Source: Anaerotignum sp.
Lineage (GTDB): Bacteria; Bacillota; Clostridia; Lachnospirales; Anaerotignaceae
Assembly: GCA_028710085.1 (NCBI GenBank)
Contig: JAQUSU010000002.1
Coordinates: 26,580-90,579, forward strand
Direction: 5' to 3'
Length of the DNA: 64,000 nt
Position 1 is the first letter of the stretch. Each line of letters opens with the position of its first letter. The notes beneath the pieces were generated by a model that made no database searches, was not told the origin of the DNA, and saw nothing but the letters and a program-made list of their open reading frames with translations. Below are positions 10,022-20,369 of this stretch, piece after piece. Both the position numbers and the translations under genes were made by a program.

Positions 10022-11950
10022 ATGAACCTTACAGAAAAACTCATCAGCAGCCATTTAATTAGCGGAAATATGATCTCCGGCAAGGAAATTGCCATTAAAA
10101 TTGACCAAACCTTAACCCAGGATTCCACTGGAACCATGGCATATTTGCAATTTGAAGCAATGGGCATTCCCCGCGTAAAAACAGAGCGTTCCGTTGCTTA
10201 TATCGATCATAACACACTGCAAACAGGCTTTGAAAATGCTGATGACCATAAATATATTCAAACCGTAGCAAAAAAACATGGTATTTATTTCTCCAAACCA
10301 GGAAACGGAATTTGCCATCAGGTGCATCTAGAGCGTTTTGGCAAGCCCGGTAAAACCCTTTTGGGCTCTGACAGCCACACACCCACAGGGGGCGGCATCG
10401 GCATGCTTGCCATCGGCGCAGGCGGCCTAGACGTTGCGGTTGCCATGGGCGGCGGTGCCTATTATCTGGCAATGCCTAAGGTTTGCCGTATCAATTTGAT
10501 TGGTTCCTTACAGCCTTGGGTAACGGCTAAGGATGTTATTTTGGAAGTGCTTCGTCTGCTTTCTGTAAAAGGCGGCGTTGGTAAGGTTATGGAATACAGC
10601 GGAGAAGGCATAAAAAGCTTGAGCGTTCCCCAAAGAGCGACCATTACAAATATGGGAGCCGAATTAGGTGCAACCACCTCCGTTTTCCCCAGCGATGAGG
10701 TTACAAAGGCTTTCTTGGAGGCACAGGAACGAGGAGAGGATTGGTCTCCTCTCTCCGCAGATAATGACGCTACATATGACGAGGAAATCACCGTTGATTT
10801 AAGTCAAATTGTTCCCTTGGTTGCCTGTCCTCATAGCCCTGACAATATTAAAAGGGTCAAAGAAATTCAGGGCTTGTCGGTGGATCAGGTTGCCATCGGC
10901 AGCTGCACCAACTCCTCCTATACAGATATGATGACCGTTGCAGCCTTATTGAAGGGCAAAACTGTTGATCCTAATGTAAGCTTAGTTATTGCCCCCGGCT
11001 CCAAGCAGGTTATGAATATGTTGGCGGCAAACGGCGCCCTTGCGGATATTATTTCTGCCGGTGCCCGTGTTTTGGAATGTGGCTGCGGCCCTTGTATCGG
11101 CATGGGTCAGGCTCCTGCAACCAACGCTGTTTCCTTAAGAACCATCAACCGTAACTTTGAAGGCAGAAGCGGCACCAAATCAGCTCAGGTTTATATCGTA
11201 AGCCCTGAAACTGCTGTTGCCAGTGCCCTTAGTGGCAAGCTGACAGACCCTCATGCCTTAGGCGAAGCACCTTTGGTTTCCATGCCTGAGCATTTTTTGG
11301 TGAACGATAATTTAATTATCCCGCCTGCTCCCGAAGGCGAACCCGTAAATGTGGTAAGAGGGCCGAATATTCAGCCCTTCCCTAAAAATACAAAGGTGCC
11401 TAAGGATGTTTCTGGCGGCGCATTGATTAAAGTAGTGGATAATATCACCACCGACCATATCATGCCCTCCAACGCAAAGCTCCTGCCTTACCGCTCAAAT
11501 GTACCTTATTTGGCGGATTACTGCTTAACACCCTGCGACCCTAAATTCCCTGCGCGTGCAAAAGCTGCAGGTGGTGGCTTCATTATTGCGGGGCAAAACT
11601 ACGGTCAGGGCAGCAGCCGTGAGCATGCGGCTTTGGCTCCCTTACAGCTGGGCATCAAAGCAGTTATTGCAAAATCCTTCGCTAGAATTCATATGGCTAA
11701 CCTGATTAATAACGGCATTTTGCCTTTGGTTTTCGTAAATGAATGGGATTACGATGCGATTCACCTTGGTGATGAATTTACAATTAAATATGCGGCAGAC
11801 CAAATCAAAGGTGCGGTTGAGGGACAAGATGTGATGGTAACCCATTTACGCACCGGGGCAGAAATTCCTACACGCTTGAATATTTCCGAAAGACAGAGAG
11901 ACATTCTGTTGGCAGGCGGTTTGTTAAACTATACAAGAGCATCCAACTAA
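10022..11950 (+). CDS. Aconitate hydratase
   Basis: QDSTGT, GICHQ, GSDSHT, IGSCTN, CGPCIG, TTDHI, GSSREHA motifs; 642 aa. Confidence 0.92.
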   Translation: MNLTEKLISSHLISGNMISGKEIAIKIDQTLTQDSTGTMAYLQFEAMGIPRVKTERSVAYIDHNTLQTGFENADDHKYIQTVAKKHGIYFSKPGNGICHQVHLERFGKPGKTLLGSDSHTPTGGGIGMLAIGAGGLDVAVAMGGGAYYLAMPKVCRINLIGSLQPWVTAKDVILEVLRLLSVKGGVGKVMEYSGEGIKSLSVPQRATITNMGAELGATTSVFPSDEVTKAFLEAQERGEDWSPLSADNDATYDEEITVDLSQIVPLVACPHSPDNIKRVKEIQGLSVDQVAIGSCTNSSYTDMMTVAALLKGKTVDPNVSLVIAPGSKQVMNMLAANGALADIISAGARVLECGCGPCIGMGQAPATNAVSLRTINRNFEGRSGTKSAQVYIVSPETAVASALSGKLTDPHALGEAPLVSMPEHFLVNDNLIIPPAPEGEPVNVVRGPNIQPFPKNTKVPKDVSGGALIKVVDNITTDHIMPSNAKLLPYRSNVPYLADYCLTPCDPKFPARAKAAGGGFIIAGQNYGQGSSREHAALAPLQLGIKAVIAKSFARIHMANLINNGILPLVFVNEWDYDAIHLGDEFTIKYAADQIKGAVEGQDVMVTHLRTGAEIPTRLNISERQRDILLAGGLLNYTRASN

Positions 11951-12088
11951 GCAAACGCGTTATTTATAGAATTTTATCATACATTCTGTGCTATTCAGTC
12001 GGAGCTTTCCGTCTGAATGCATTTGCAAAAAAACAGCTTTAGAAGTCCGTTAATTCATATTTGGTTTATATCCCAGGAGGAAATAGAA

Positions 12089-13087
12089 ATGGCATATCAT
12101 GTAACTTTAATTCCCGGAGATGGCAGTGGCCCCGAGGTAATTGCAGCGGCAAAAAAGGTTGTGGAAGCAACGGGTGTTGACATACAATGGGAAGAAGCCC
12201 AGGCAGGCGCAGCAATGATTGAAAAATATGGCACTCCCCTGCCCGAGGAAACGATAGCATCCATCCGTAAAACAGGGGTAGCCTTAAAAGGGCCTATCAC
12301 CACTCCCGTTGGCACAGGCTTTCGCAGCGTAAACGTTGCCCTTCGTAAAACCTTTGATTTATATGCAAATGTTCGCCCCGCAAAAACTTACCCCGGTGTC
12401 ATTACAAAGTTTGAAAATATTGACTTGGTTATCGTTCGGGAAAATACTGAGGATCTTTATGCGGGTATTGAGCGCATGGTGGATGAAAACACCGCGGAAA
12501 GCATTAAGCTTTTCACAAGAAAGGGCTGCGAACGTATTATTCGCTATGCCTTTGACTATGCCGTAAAGGAAGGCAGAAAAAAAGTAACTGCTGTGCACAA
12601 AGCAAACATTATGAAATGTACTGACGGTATGTTTCTTGATATTGCCAGAGAAATTGCCAAGGAATATCCGCAAATTCACTTTAACGACAGCATCGTAGAT
12701 GCTATGTGCATGCGCTTGGTAATGCACCCCGAGGATTATGATGTATTGGTGTGCCCGAACCTTTACGGCGACATTGTTTCCGACCTCTGCGCCGGCTTGG
12801 TGGGTGGCCTTGGACTGACACCCAGTGCAAATATCGGTGTAGACGGCGCAATTTTTGAACCAATTCACGGCTCTGCACCTGATATTGCAGGACAGCATAA
12901 AATCAATCCCACCGCAGCAATCCTTTCCGCTTCCTTGATGCTTGCCCATTTGGGTGAAGGAACGGCTGCAGCAAACATTGAAAAGGCTGTTGAAAAAGTA
13001 ATCGGCGAGGGTAAAATTCTTACGGTGGATATGGGCGGCACTGCTTCTACAGAGGAATTTGCCGATGCAATCATTGCCGCTTTATAA
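12089..13087 (+). CDS. icd: Isocitrate dehydrogenase (NAD-type, IDH/IPMDH family)
   Basis: IPGDG.GPE, LKGPITTP, S.NV.LRK, RENTED.Y, HKANIMK, NLYGDI.SD, FEP.HGSAPDIAG; operon context; AGGAGG RBS. Confidence 0.85.
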   Translation: MAYHVTLIPGDGSGPEVIAAAKKVVEATGVDIQWEEAQAGAAMIEKYGTPLPEETIASIRKTGVALKGPITTPVGTGFRSVNVALRKTFDLYANVRPAKTYPGVITKFENIDLVIVRENTEDLYAGIERMVDENTAESIKLFTRKGCERIIRYAFDYAVKEGRKKVTAVHKANIMKCTDGMFLDIAREIAKEYPQIHFNDSIVDAMCMRLVMHPEDYDVLVCPNLYGDIVSDLCAGLVGGLGLTPSANIGVDGAIFEPIHGSAPDIAGQHKINPTAAILSASLMLAHLGEGTAAANIEKAVEKVIGEGKILTVDMGGTASTEEFADAIIAAL

Positions 13088-13101
13088 AAATAATCAATAT
13101 A

Positions 13102-13141
13102 AAAGCTCGTGCTTCATTTTTCGAAGTACGAGCTTTCTTTT
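13102..13141. terminator. Bidirectional intrinsic terminator
   Basis: AAAGCTCGTGCTTC...GAAGTACGAGCTTT with A/T tails between convergent genes. Confidence 0.75.
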
Positions 13142-13161
13142 GTCTATCAATTTTCAATTTT

Positions 13162-14721
13162 TTATTCGCTAACCACGGTGCCACCGCAAAAATCCACCGT
13201 AACATAAAGGTCTTTTCCCTTTTGCCCAACACCAACGCCTACAGAATCTGCAGTCGGGTCAAGCAAGCCTTGAAATTGTCCCGCCGTTCTAATCCACTGC
13301 TGATACACGTTGGTAACATCGCCCATTTGCTTTGCTATGACCTCTGATGCGCTGGTAAAAGAAATTTTCTCTGCCAGAATCCTGGTAAACGGATTACTTC
13401 CATCGCTTCCTGTGTAACTGAAATAATCTTCTTTCACCATATCACTACTATGGGCTAAAGCAACCTTGGAAAGCCTTTCAACCTCCGTTAAAAGTGGCAG
13501 TCCCTGCTCCTTGCGTTTTACTTGAATTAAATCAAGCAATTCCATTTCCACGATGTCACGCTCTGCAGTTGTCAAACCACTGCGCACATTGTTGCCATAT
13601 GCAAATTCTCTGTCCTGCAAGAAAATTCCTCGAATTGTACCATTATAGTCCAAAGGAAAGCTTGCATAGGTTGTATCTGTCTCAATAATTCCGCTATGCT
13701 CCACCAGGCTGATATAGTCCATTTGCTTGATGTCAGCGGAAGTTCCATCTCCTTCAGTACCCAAATAGGTAAAATGCTTTGTGGGTATAAATATTTGAAT
13801 TACTGCATCATCTTTCAAGGTTACAAAAAAATAATTATCATAATCCCCGATATAGATATAACGCTTTAAACCAAACACCGTAAAATCAATTCTCTCGGGC
13901 TCGCCCCAATCCTTCATTAGCTGCTTTGATGTTTCAGTTAAAGAAATGGTCTTGTCGTTGATATAAACTGTTTGATAATCGAAGTTGCTTTGTTGACCAT
14001 CTGAAGTGGGTACCTGGCCTTCTTCTACAGGCACTTCGTTTTCCAAGTTTTCAGCTGCACTATCCGTTGGAATTTCTTCATCCCCAAAATCGATTTTGTC
14101 CTCAAAACTAAAGTTTTTTTCAGCATAACGATATGCTTTCATCAACCCAATCACAGCTTCCTGAAACGTTAGCGCCCTCATGGGGTAAAATTTCTCATCA
14201 TCATCACCGACTAAAATTCCGGAAGCTTTGATTTTATTTATGATCTCAATAGAAGGCTTCAATAATTTTGAAATATCGCTAAACGCATATTGCTCCGTAG
14301 CAGGCTCTAAGGTAATGCCCCAAGCATTTAAAATTCTGTTCAGCATAATTGCCAGCTGTTCTCGCGTCAGGCTTTTGTTTGGTTCAAACTTTGTTGGCTC
14401 CGTTCCGCTAATAATGCCAGCCTCATATGCCAGAATAACCGCCGGATCATCACAATCTGTAAAAGGACTTTTATTTTTCACAGTCAGCTTCTCGCCCTTG
14501 GTTTTCTCATATAAAAGCACTACAATATTGCAAAACTCAAGTCTTGTAATATTTCTTTTGGCATTCGAAAGGTCTCCTTCCGTTATCAGCCCCTGATTAT
14601 ATGCTAATTCCAAAGAAGCCGTTGCCCACGGATCTGCATTTGTTGTGATTGATGCAAAAACTGGCAAGGTAGTACCCATTATCATAAGCAACGTCATAAT
14701 TGCTGCGATAAGCCGCTTCAT
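13162..14721 (-). CDS. Secreted S-layer-homology protein with C-terminal CAP (SCP) domain
   Basis: Signal peptide; SLH motifs ITRLEF, GIISG...FEP...LTREQLA, GILVG...FYP...LTFQEA; acidic linker; C-terminal A..HS.DM...YFS and VGVGV. Confidence 0.8.
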   Translation of the reverse strand: MKRLIAAIMTLLMIMGTTLPVFASITTNADPWATASLELAYNQGLITEGDLSNAKRNITRLEFCNIVVLLYEKTKGEKLTVKNKSPFTDCDDPAVILAYEAGIISGTEPTKFEPNKSLTREQLAIMLNRILNAWGITLEPATEQYAFSDISKLLKPSIEIINKIKASGILVGDDDEKFYPMRALTFQEAVIGLMKAYRYAEKNFSFEDKIDFGDEEIPTDSAAENLENEVPVEEGQVPTSDGQQSNFDYQTVYINDKTISLTETSKQLMKDWGEPERIDFTVFGLKRYIYIGDYDNYFFVTLKDDAVIQIFIPTKHFTYLGTEGDGTSADIKQMDYISLVEHSGIIETDTTYASFPLDYNGTIRGIFLQDREFAYGNNVRSGLTTAERDIVEMELLDLIQVKRKEQGLPLLTEVERLSKVALAHSSDMVKEDYFSYTGSDGSNPFTRILAEKISFTSASEVIAKQMGDVTNVYQQWIRTAGQFQGLLDPTADSVGVGVGQKGKDLYVTVDFCGGTVVSE

Positions 14722-15126
14722 GCTATCATCCTCTCTATTTTTTTGCCGGCCGCCACCCTGCGGTTTTCTTTGGTTATTTAAAACCGGCGCAGCCCTGCTT
14801 CTTGTCTTACAAACAAAATATATTCTTCACTATTTTCTAGCATAATATACCAAAAACACAAAAATCCCATTTTACAAGCGTTTGAAAACCACTTTGTTAT
14901 ATGAATATTCAGAAAGCCCATCGGTTGTTTAATGATATTTTGTTTATAAGACGAGTTCAGCGCAAATTGTATTCTAAAACACTTATGATAAAAACAAAAA
15001 ACTCTTTGATTTCCATAAATCACAAAAAAATTGTTTAAGAACCATAATTATTATACCATAATATCAAAAAAACGCAAAAAAAAATTCAAAAGTAACTTTT
15101 TTCTTAACATTAATTTTACTCAATAC

Positions 15127-15162
15127 AAAAACCCCCTGCTTTCTTTCGAAATACAGGGGGGT
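15127..15162 (-). terminator. Intrinsic terminator after pct
   Basis: ACCCCCTG...CAGGGGGGT hairpin with U-tract on the minus strand. Confidence 0.75.
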
Positions 15163-15190
15163 CAATCTTGTCTTTATTTAATCAAAAAAA

Positions 15191-16765
15191 TCAAGCTTTC
15201 ATTTCCTTCAGTCCCATCAAGCCTTCTTCAAACAAAGCAGCAGCCATCAATTTGATTTCGCCATTTGCTTCTCTGTCAATAATAGGAGCATACTCCATCA
15301 TATCGAGAATCTGTGTTTGAAGATCAATACCAGGTGCAATTTCAGTCAGGTGCATACCGTCTTCTTTCAAAACAAATACACATCTTTCTGTAATATAAGT
15401 TACCTGCTGTTTGCTTGCAAGCGCAACGTCGCCGTTGAAAGTAATCTGTTCAACAGTTTTGATGAATTTTTTCTGCTTGCCTTCTTGCGCAATGATAACC
15501 TTACCATCTTCTATCTTTACCTTCAAACCACCAGCTGTGAAAGTACCACAGAAGAATACCTTAGGTGTATTTTGTGTAATGTTGATGAAACCACCGCAAC
15601 CAGCGATACGAGGGCCGAATCTGGAAACGTTGATGTTACCTCTTGCATCACATTCTGCAAGGCCAAGGTAGCAAAGATCCAAACCGCCACCATCATAGTA
15701 ATCAAACTGATAGCCCTGATCGATTAATGCATCCGCATTATAAGCAGCACCAAAGCGAATACCGCCACCAGGCACACCACCAACAGCTCCGGCTTCTACA
15801 GTCAAAGTCATGAAATCGCCAATGCCTTCTTCGTTTGCAACAGATGCAACATACTCAGGCGCACCAACACCTAAGTTAACTGCAACATCTTTTTCCAATT
15901 CAACAGCACCACGACGACCGATGATCTTCTTTGCACTCAAAGGCAAAGGTTCAGGAGCTGTTTCAGGTCTGCGGCATTCACCAGAAAGGCTTGGATCATA
16001 TTCACAATCCAATGACTGCTGATGATCAGCAGCATCAGCAACAACAACATAGTCAACATAAATGCCAGGAACCTTAACCAGTCTAGGATCTAAAGTTCCT
16101 GCTTTTACAACCTTTTCTACCTGAACAACAACAATACCACCACTGTTTTTAACAGCCTGGCAAACAGAAGTACCTTCCAAAGGCGCTACTTCTTTTTCAA
16201 AAGAAATATTTCCCGCTTCATCAGCGTATGAGCCTCTGATTAAAGCAATATCAATAGGGAATGCAGGGTAGAACAAATAATCCTGACCTTTGATATTTAC
16301 CAATTCAATAATATCTTCTGTTGTAATATCGTTTACCTTGCCTCCGCCGTTTCTGGGGTCAATAAAGGTACCCAAGCCTACTTTTGTAAAAGTACCGGGC
16401 TTATGTGCAGCAATATCTCTAAAAAGGTGGCAAAGTGCACCCTGAGAAACATTATATGCTTCCATTTTGTTTTCCAATGCCAATTTTGTCATTGCAGGAA
16501 CTGTAGCCCAGTGGCCTGCGATATATCTTTTCAGCAGACCTTCATGGGCAAAGTGCTCTGCTCCACGTCCGTCTTTGTTGCCCTGAGAACCGCAATAAAC
16601 ATAAGTAATGTTGTTGGGTTCACCTGTTTCAAGGAATCTTTTTTCTACAGCCTTGTCAAGCGCTTCAGGAATAGAGCTTGCCACGAAACCACTTGTTGTA
16701 ACTGTATCACCATCCTTGATGAGCTTTGCAGCTTCATCAGCGGTAATTATGGGAACCTTTCTCAT
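15191..16765 (-). CDS. pct: Propionate CoA-transferase
   Basis: MRKVPIITADEAAKLIKDGDTVTTSGF start and overall sequence match my recollection of C. propionicum Pct (524 aa); catalytic Glu in TVEAGAVGG; AGGAGG RBS. Confidence 0.95.
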   Translation of the reverse strand: MRKVPIITADEAAKLIKDGDTVTTSGFVASSIPEALDKAVEKRFLETGEPNNITYVYCGSQGNKDGRGAEHFAHEGLLKRYIAGHWATVPAMTKLALENKMEAYNVSQGALCHLFRDIAAHKPGTFTKVGLGTFIDPRNGGGKVNDITTEDIIELVNIKGQDYLFYPAFPIDIALIRGSYADEAGNISFEKEVAPLEGTSVCQAVKNSGGIVVVQVEKVVKAGTLDPRLVKVPGIYVDYVVVADAADHQQSLDCEYDPSLSGECRRPETAPEPLPLSAKKIIGRRGAVELEKDVAVNLGVGAPEYVASVANEEGIGDFMTLTVEAGAVGGVPGGGIRFGAAYNADALIDQGYQFDYYDGGGLDLCYLGLAECDARGNINVSRFGPRIAGCGGFINITQNTPKVFFCGTFTAGGLKVKIEDGKVIIAQEGKQKKFIKTVEQITFNGDVALASKQQVTYITERCVFVLKEDGMHLTEIAPGIDLQTQILDMMEYAPIIDREANGEIKLMAAALFEEGLMGLKEMKA

Positions 16766-16873
16766 CGTCAAAAATCCTCCTAAATCTTATTCTATTTTGT
16801 ATTTTTGCTTATTACAATACACTGGGGCAGTCTCCCACCCCAGCGCAAAGTATTTCAGCAATCGTATGTTCAA

Positions 16874-17998
16874 TTACAGCATTTCTACGAAGGACTGCAA
16901 TCTTGTTTTAACCTGTTCGAAGGAAGAAACTTCCTGATCAACTTCGATCATCAAGCTCTTGATGCCTTTTTCTTCGAATTCTCTGTACATTACAGGGTAA
17001 TCCCATTCTTCAGGATCACAGAATTTCATCATCGCAACGATAACAGCATCTGCGCCTGTCTGAATTGTTTTGTTGATCAGCATCTTGCCACGGCTTTTCT
17101 TTGTATCGGTAGCAACGGAGCAACCAAACATCTGCTGCCAAACTTTGGCCATTCTGTAAAGAGGGCCTTCGTCGCCATCCACAACATCAACACGAATCTG
17201 TCTGGATTCTTGTGCTAAATCGTCATCAATGATAGCAATTTTAAACTCGTTGAAGATTTCAAGCAATTCGTTGGGCTCAAGTAAGATACCTGTAACAACA
17301 ACCTTCTTGCCATCCCAAGGCTGAACAGGCATAGCCTTTACTTCAGCAATGAGTTCTTTCACAAGCTCTGTGTGTTTTTCCTTCAGCATGAACTGTCTTG
17401 CTTTGAATACAGCATGACGGCTTACAGCATCAATTACCTGAGGATATTCTGCTGCAACCTTTACGAATTCACGCATAACTGCTTTGTTTTCGTTGTAAAT
17501 TGCAATAGAGTTTTCAAGTGCAACATTTGTAATTTTTACATTCAAGGCAACTTCCAACTGTTCTTTGATTAATTCGTATTCTGTAACCAAGAATTTGTTA
17601 GCAGCTTCCAAGCCTCTGTTTTGAGGATGTGTAAATACGATTACAGGGGATGTGCCTTTCCATTTCTGGCTCAAGCATTTTAATGTATCACAAGGTACAG
17701 AGAACAATACAGCTGAAAGACCATCATAAGCGCCTTCACACTGCAACTCCATAACCTGCTGCATAATTGAACAAGCAAATGCAGGAAGGTATGTGCGAGC
17801 CTTGGAGATTGCTTTACCCTGCGCACCCCAGATGCCCATAGGCAGGTAGCCTGTTGCATGTATCATTTCTTCAGGAGCATAAATAGGCATGATGCCTACA
17901 GCACCCTTACCTGTTTCAGCTTTATAATCATCCATTGCTTTTTTGGGATTTGCGGCAATGTCTTTTAATTGGGATAAAATAGCTTCTACTTTACTCAT
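16874..17998 (-). CDS. lcdB: Lactoyl-CoA dehydratase beta subunit
   Basis: 2-hydroxyacyl-CoA dehydratase family: PEE.IHA, FACS, PCDT, KFCDPEE.DYP, EQ.KTRLQSF.E; operon context. Confidence 0.93.
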   Translation of the reverse strand: MSKVEAILSQLKDIAANPKKAMDDYKAETGKGAVGIMPIYAPEEMIHATGYLPMGIWGAQGKAISKARTYLPAFACSIMQQVMELQCEGAYDGLSAVLFSVPCDTLKCLSQKWKGTSPVIVFTHPQNRGLEAANKFLVTEYELIKEQLEVALNVKITNVALENSIAIYNENKAVMREFVKVAAEYPQVIDAVSRHAVFKARQFMLKEKHTELVKELIAEVKAMPVQPWDGKKVVVTGILLEPNELLEIFNEFKIAIIDDDLAQESRQIRVDVVDGDEGPLYRMAKVWQQMFGCSVATDTKKSRGKMLINKTIQTGADAVIVAMMKFCDPEEWDYPVMYREFEEKGIKSLMIEVDQEVSSFEQVKTRLQSFVEML

Positions 17999-18014
17999 CG
18001 TTTTCTCCTCCTTA

Positions 18015-19283
18015 TTATTCTGCTGCTGCCATGTTGGCTTCCATCATTTCAACCAGAGCCTGAACACGTGTATCAAACTGTGCGGGAGAGAATACGCGAG
18101 GGTCTGTCTGGTCACCGTCAACGCTTACATAAGGTAAACCATTCTTTTCTTTAATGATTTCAGCTGTTTCAACGTTCAGGAAGCTCATAAGCTTGCAGCT
18201 TCTGTTCAGGTGGTAAACTGTACCGTCAACCTTGCCTTTTTCCATGATAGCCAACAAAACATCAACTTTGTTCTGCAAGCAGGTGTTGATATAAATTCTT
18301 GTGTAAGCTTCTGCCATGGAGTGCATAGATTCATCGTTTGCATCATAGTGCAAATCCCAAAGTGCAGGGTAAGCTGTACCTGTCATGATAGAATTCAAAT
18401 TCTTCATAGACTTAAATGTGTGACCCAAGTGAGGCCATACAGCAATACCTTCCCACTGGAAGCGTGTTTTTTCAGCGCCCTTGAATGCATAGATTCCAGC
18501 CTTCAGGTTTTCTTCCAATTCGTCTGCAAATGTTTTGAATGTAATTTCAGCATAATCTAAGGAACGGCAAGCAACAATAAGAGCCATGTAGTTGAACAGA
18601 TCAAAGCCGTTCAAAGGAGAAGGTTTATATTTTGACATCTCCGCAATTCTGTTCCAATGGTATACGGAACGCTGTGTCTGATCCTTTACTTCTTTAAACT
18701 TCTTCCAGTCAAAAGATCTGCCGCAGATTACTTCCAGCTGAGAAATAGCATTTCTGAACTGATCTGCAATGTAAGCTTTTGCATATTCAGGAATAGGCAT
18801 TGTGTGGTTGAAAGGAACGTCGATAACGATGCAAGGGATATCCAACTCTGCTGCAAGGTTTTCATACCATTTCAACAATGTATTACAAATGTTATTACAT
18901 GTGATTACCAAGTCGGGCAGAGGAACGTCTGCTGCAGGAGAGTTAACCAAAACTTCAGGCTTAACACCTGTAATGGAAGCTTCTTTCAGGCATTCCATGT
19001 AACCCATGTTTACTCTACCGTAAGAACAGCAATCAATGTTGTAGCCTTTTCTATCAGCAACTTCAAGCATATCCATTGCGCCTTTTCTAGCACCGATGCC
19101 TGCGGCATGGGTTTCTGGGTAAATCATCGCAATACCCATTGTTACACAAAATTCAGGAGGAGCTACGGAAGCAGACCAGCAAACAAGATCGCCTCTTGCT
19201 TTTGCTTCTCTTGCGTCCTGATCAGCCTTGTTCTGGTAGTAGGCTAACAATTGTTTTGCTTTCATGCCTTGTGTTAAACTCAT
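18015..19283 (-). CDS. lcdA: Lactoyl-CoA dehydratase alpha subunit
   Basis: MSLTQGMKAKQLL start; YPE.H.A, D.CSY, CNNIC, NRSCK, DGDQ.D.R.FS.AQ..TR. Confidence 0.93.
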   Translation of the reverse strand: MSLTQGMKAKQLLAYYQNKADQDAREAKARGDLVCWSASVAPPEFCVTMGIAMIYPETHAAGIGARKGAMDMLEVADRKGYNIDCCSYGRVNMGYMECLKEASITGVKPEVLVNSPAADVPLPDLVITCNNICNTLLKWYENLAAELDIPCIVIDVPFNHTMPIPEYAKAYIADQFRNAISQLEVICGRSFDWKKFKEVKDQTQRSVYHWNRIAEMSKYKPSPLNGFDLFNYMALIVACRSLDYAEITFKTFADELEENLKAGIYAFKGAEKTRFQWEGIAVWPHLGHTFKSMKNLNSIMTGTAYPALWDLHYDANDESMHSMAEAYTRIYINTCLQNKVDVLLAIMEKGKVDGTVYHLNRSCKLMSFLNVETAEIIKEKNGLPYVSVDGDQTDPRVFSPAQFDTRVQALVEMMEANMAAAE

Positions 19284-19298
19284 TCTAATCCCTCTTTC

Positions 19299-20078
19299 TT
19301 ATTTTTTTTGAGCGGCTTCATATGCGAACAATGCCGCACCCAGCGCGCCTGTCGTTTGTGGATTTGGTGCCACAATTACTTCTGTTTTCAATACACCAGC
19401 TACAGCTCTGACAACACCTGCGTTTTTTGCAACGCCGCCTGTCATTACAACGTCTTTTTCAATGCCGCCTCTGTAAGCCAAACCACAAGCTCTGCTGGCT
19501 ACTGAAAGGTGAACACCTTTAATAATATTATTTCTGCTTACACCGTTAGATAGCTGAGAGATAACCTCAGATTCTGCGAATACTGTGCAGGTGCTGCTAA
19601 TTGGTGCAGTATCCGTAGCTTGTTCATCTAAACTGGCCATTTCATCCAGAGTCGTTTCCAAAACTCTTGCCATTACCTCTAGGAAACGCCCTGTACCTGC
19701 CGCACATTTATCATTCATAAAAAACTGCTTAATACCACCCTTGTCATCCAGACGGATTGCTTTCGCATCCTGTCCACCAATATCAATGATGGTGCGTGCA
19801 GTGGGTACCAAAAATACAACGCCCTTTGCATGACAGCTGATTTCACTGATTTGCTTATCAGCACCAGGGAAATTAAATCTGCCATAACCGGTTGCAACTA
19901 TATAAGAGATATCCTCTCTTGAGAGTCCGCTTACCTCATAAGCCATTTCAAGCACCTTCTGAGGACCCGTAGAGCCCGTTCCAACCTGAACAACCTCTGC
20001 AGCTACAACGTCCTTTCCGTCCTTCAAAATCAAGACCTTTGAAGAAGCGGAGCCGACATCAACGCCCATTGTATACAT
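19299..20078 (-). CDS. lcdC: Lactoyl-CoA dehydratase activator (ASKHA [4Fe-4S] ATPase)
   Basis: G.D.GS..SK, ATGYGR, EISCH, DIGGQD.K, MNDKCAAGTGRFL, STCTVFAESE; GAGGAGG RBS before MYTMG. Confidence 0.93.
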   Translation of the reverse strand: MYTMGVDVGSASSKVLILKDGKDVVAAEVVQVGTGSTGPQKVLEMAYEVSGLSREDISYIVATGYGRFNFPGADKQISEISCHAKGVVFLVPTARTIIDIGGQDAKAIRLDDKGGIKQFFMNDKCAAGTGRFLEVMARVLETTLDEMASLDEQATDTAPISSTCTVFAESEVISQLSNGVSRNNIIKGVHLSVASRACGLAYRGGIEKDVVMTGGVAKNAGVVRAVAGVLKTEVIVAPNPQTTGALGAALFAYEAAQKK

Positions 20079-20340
20079 CCTTTGTCCTCCTCTAGATTTC
20101 ATTTGTATTTACCATTTCGATATAAATAACAGTTATTTTAAGTTTTAAAAGCTCCTCATATTTTTTGCTGCTAAAACATCCAAAACTAACTTTAATAATG
20201 CATCCTAAAATAAGGTTGGTTTGCTTTGGCAACAAAAAAACCTATACCCCATCTTTCTATTTGAACATCAGAATATAAGCCGAATTTTATTTAAAAGTAA
20301 TCAATCATGCTTTTACATGAATCTTCCTTTTACTGTTTTG

Positions 20341-20369
20341 ATTATAACACTATTAAAATTTTATTGCAA
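20341..20369 (-). promoter_or_regulatory. Strong SigA-type promoter of lcdCAB-pct
   Basis: Minus strand TTGCAA-N17-TATAAT with TGn extension; implies a ~255-nt leader. Confidence 0.7.
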
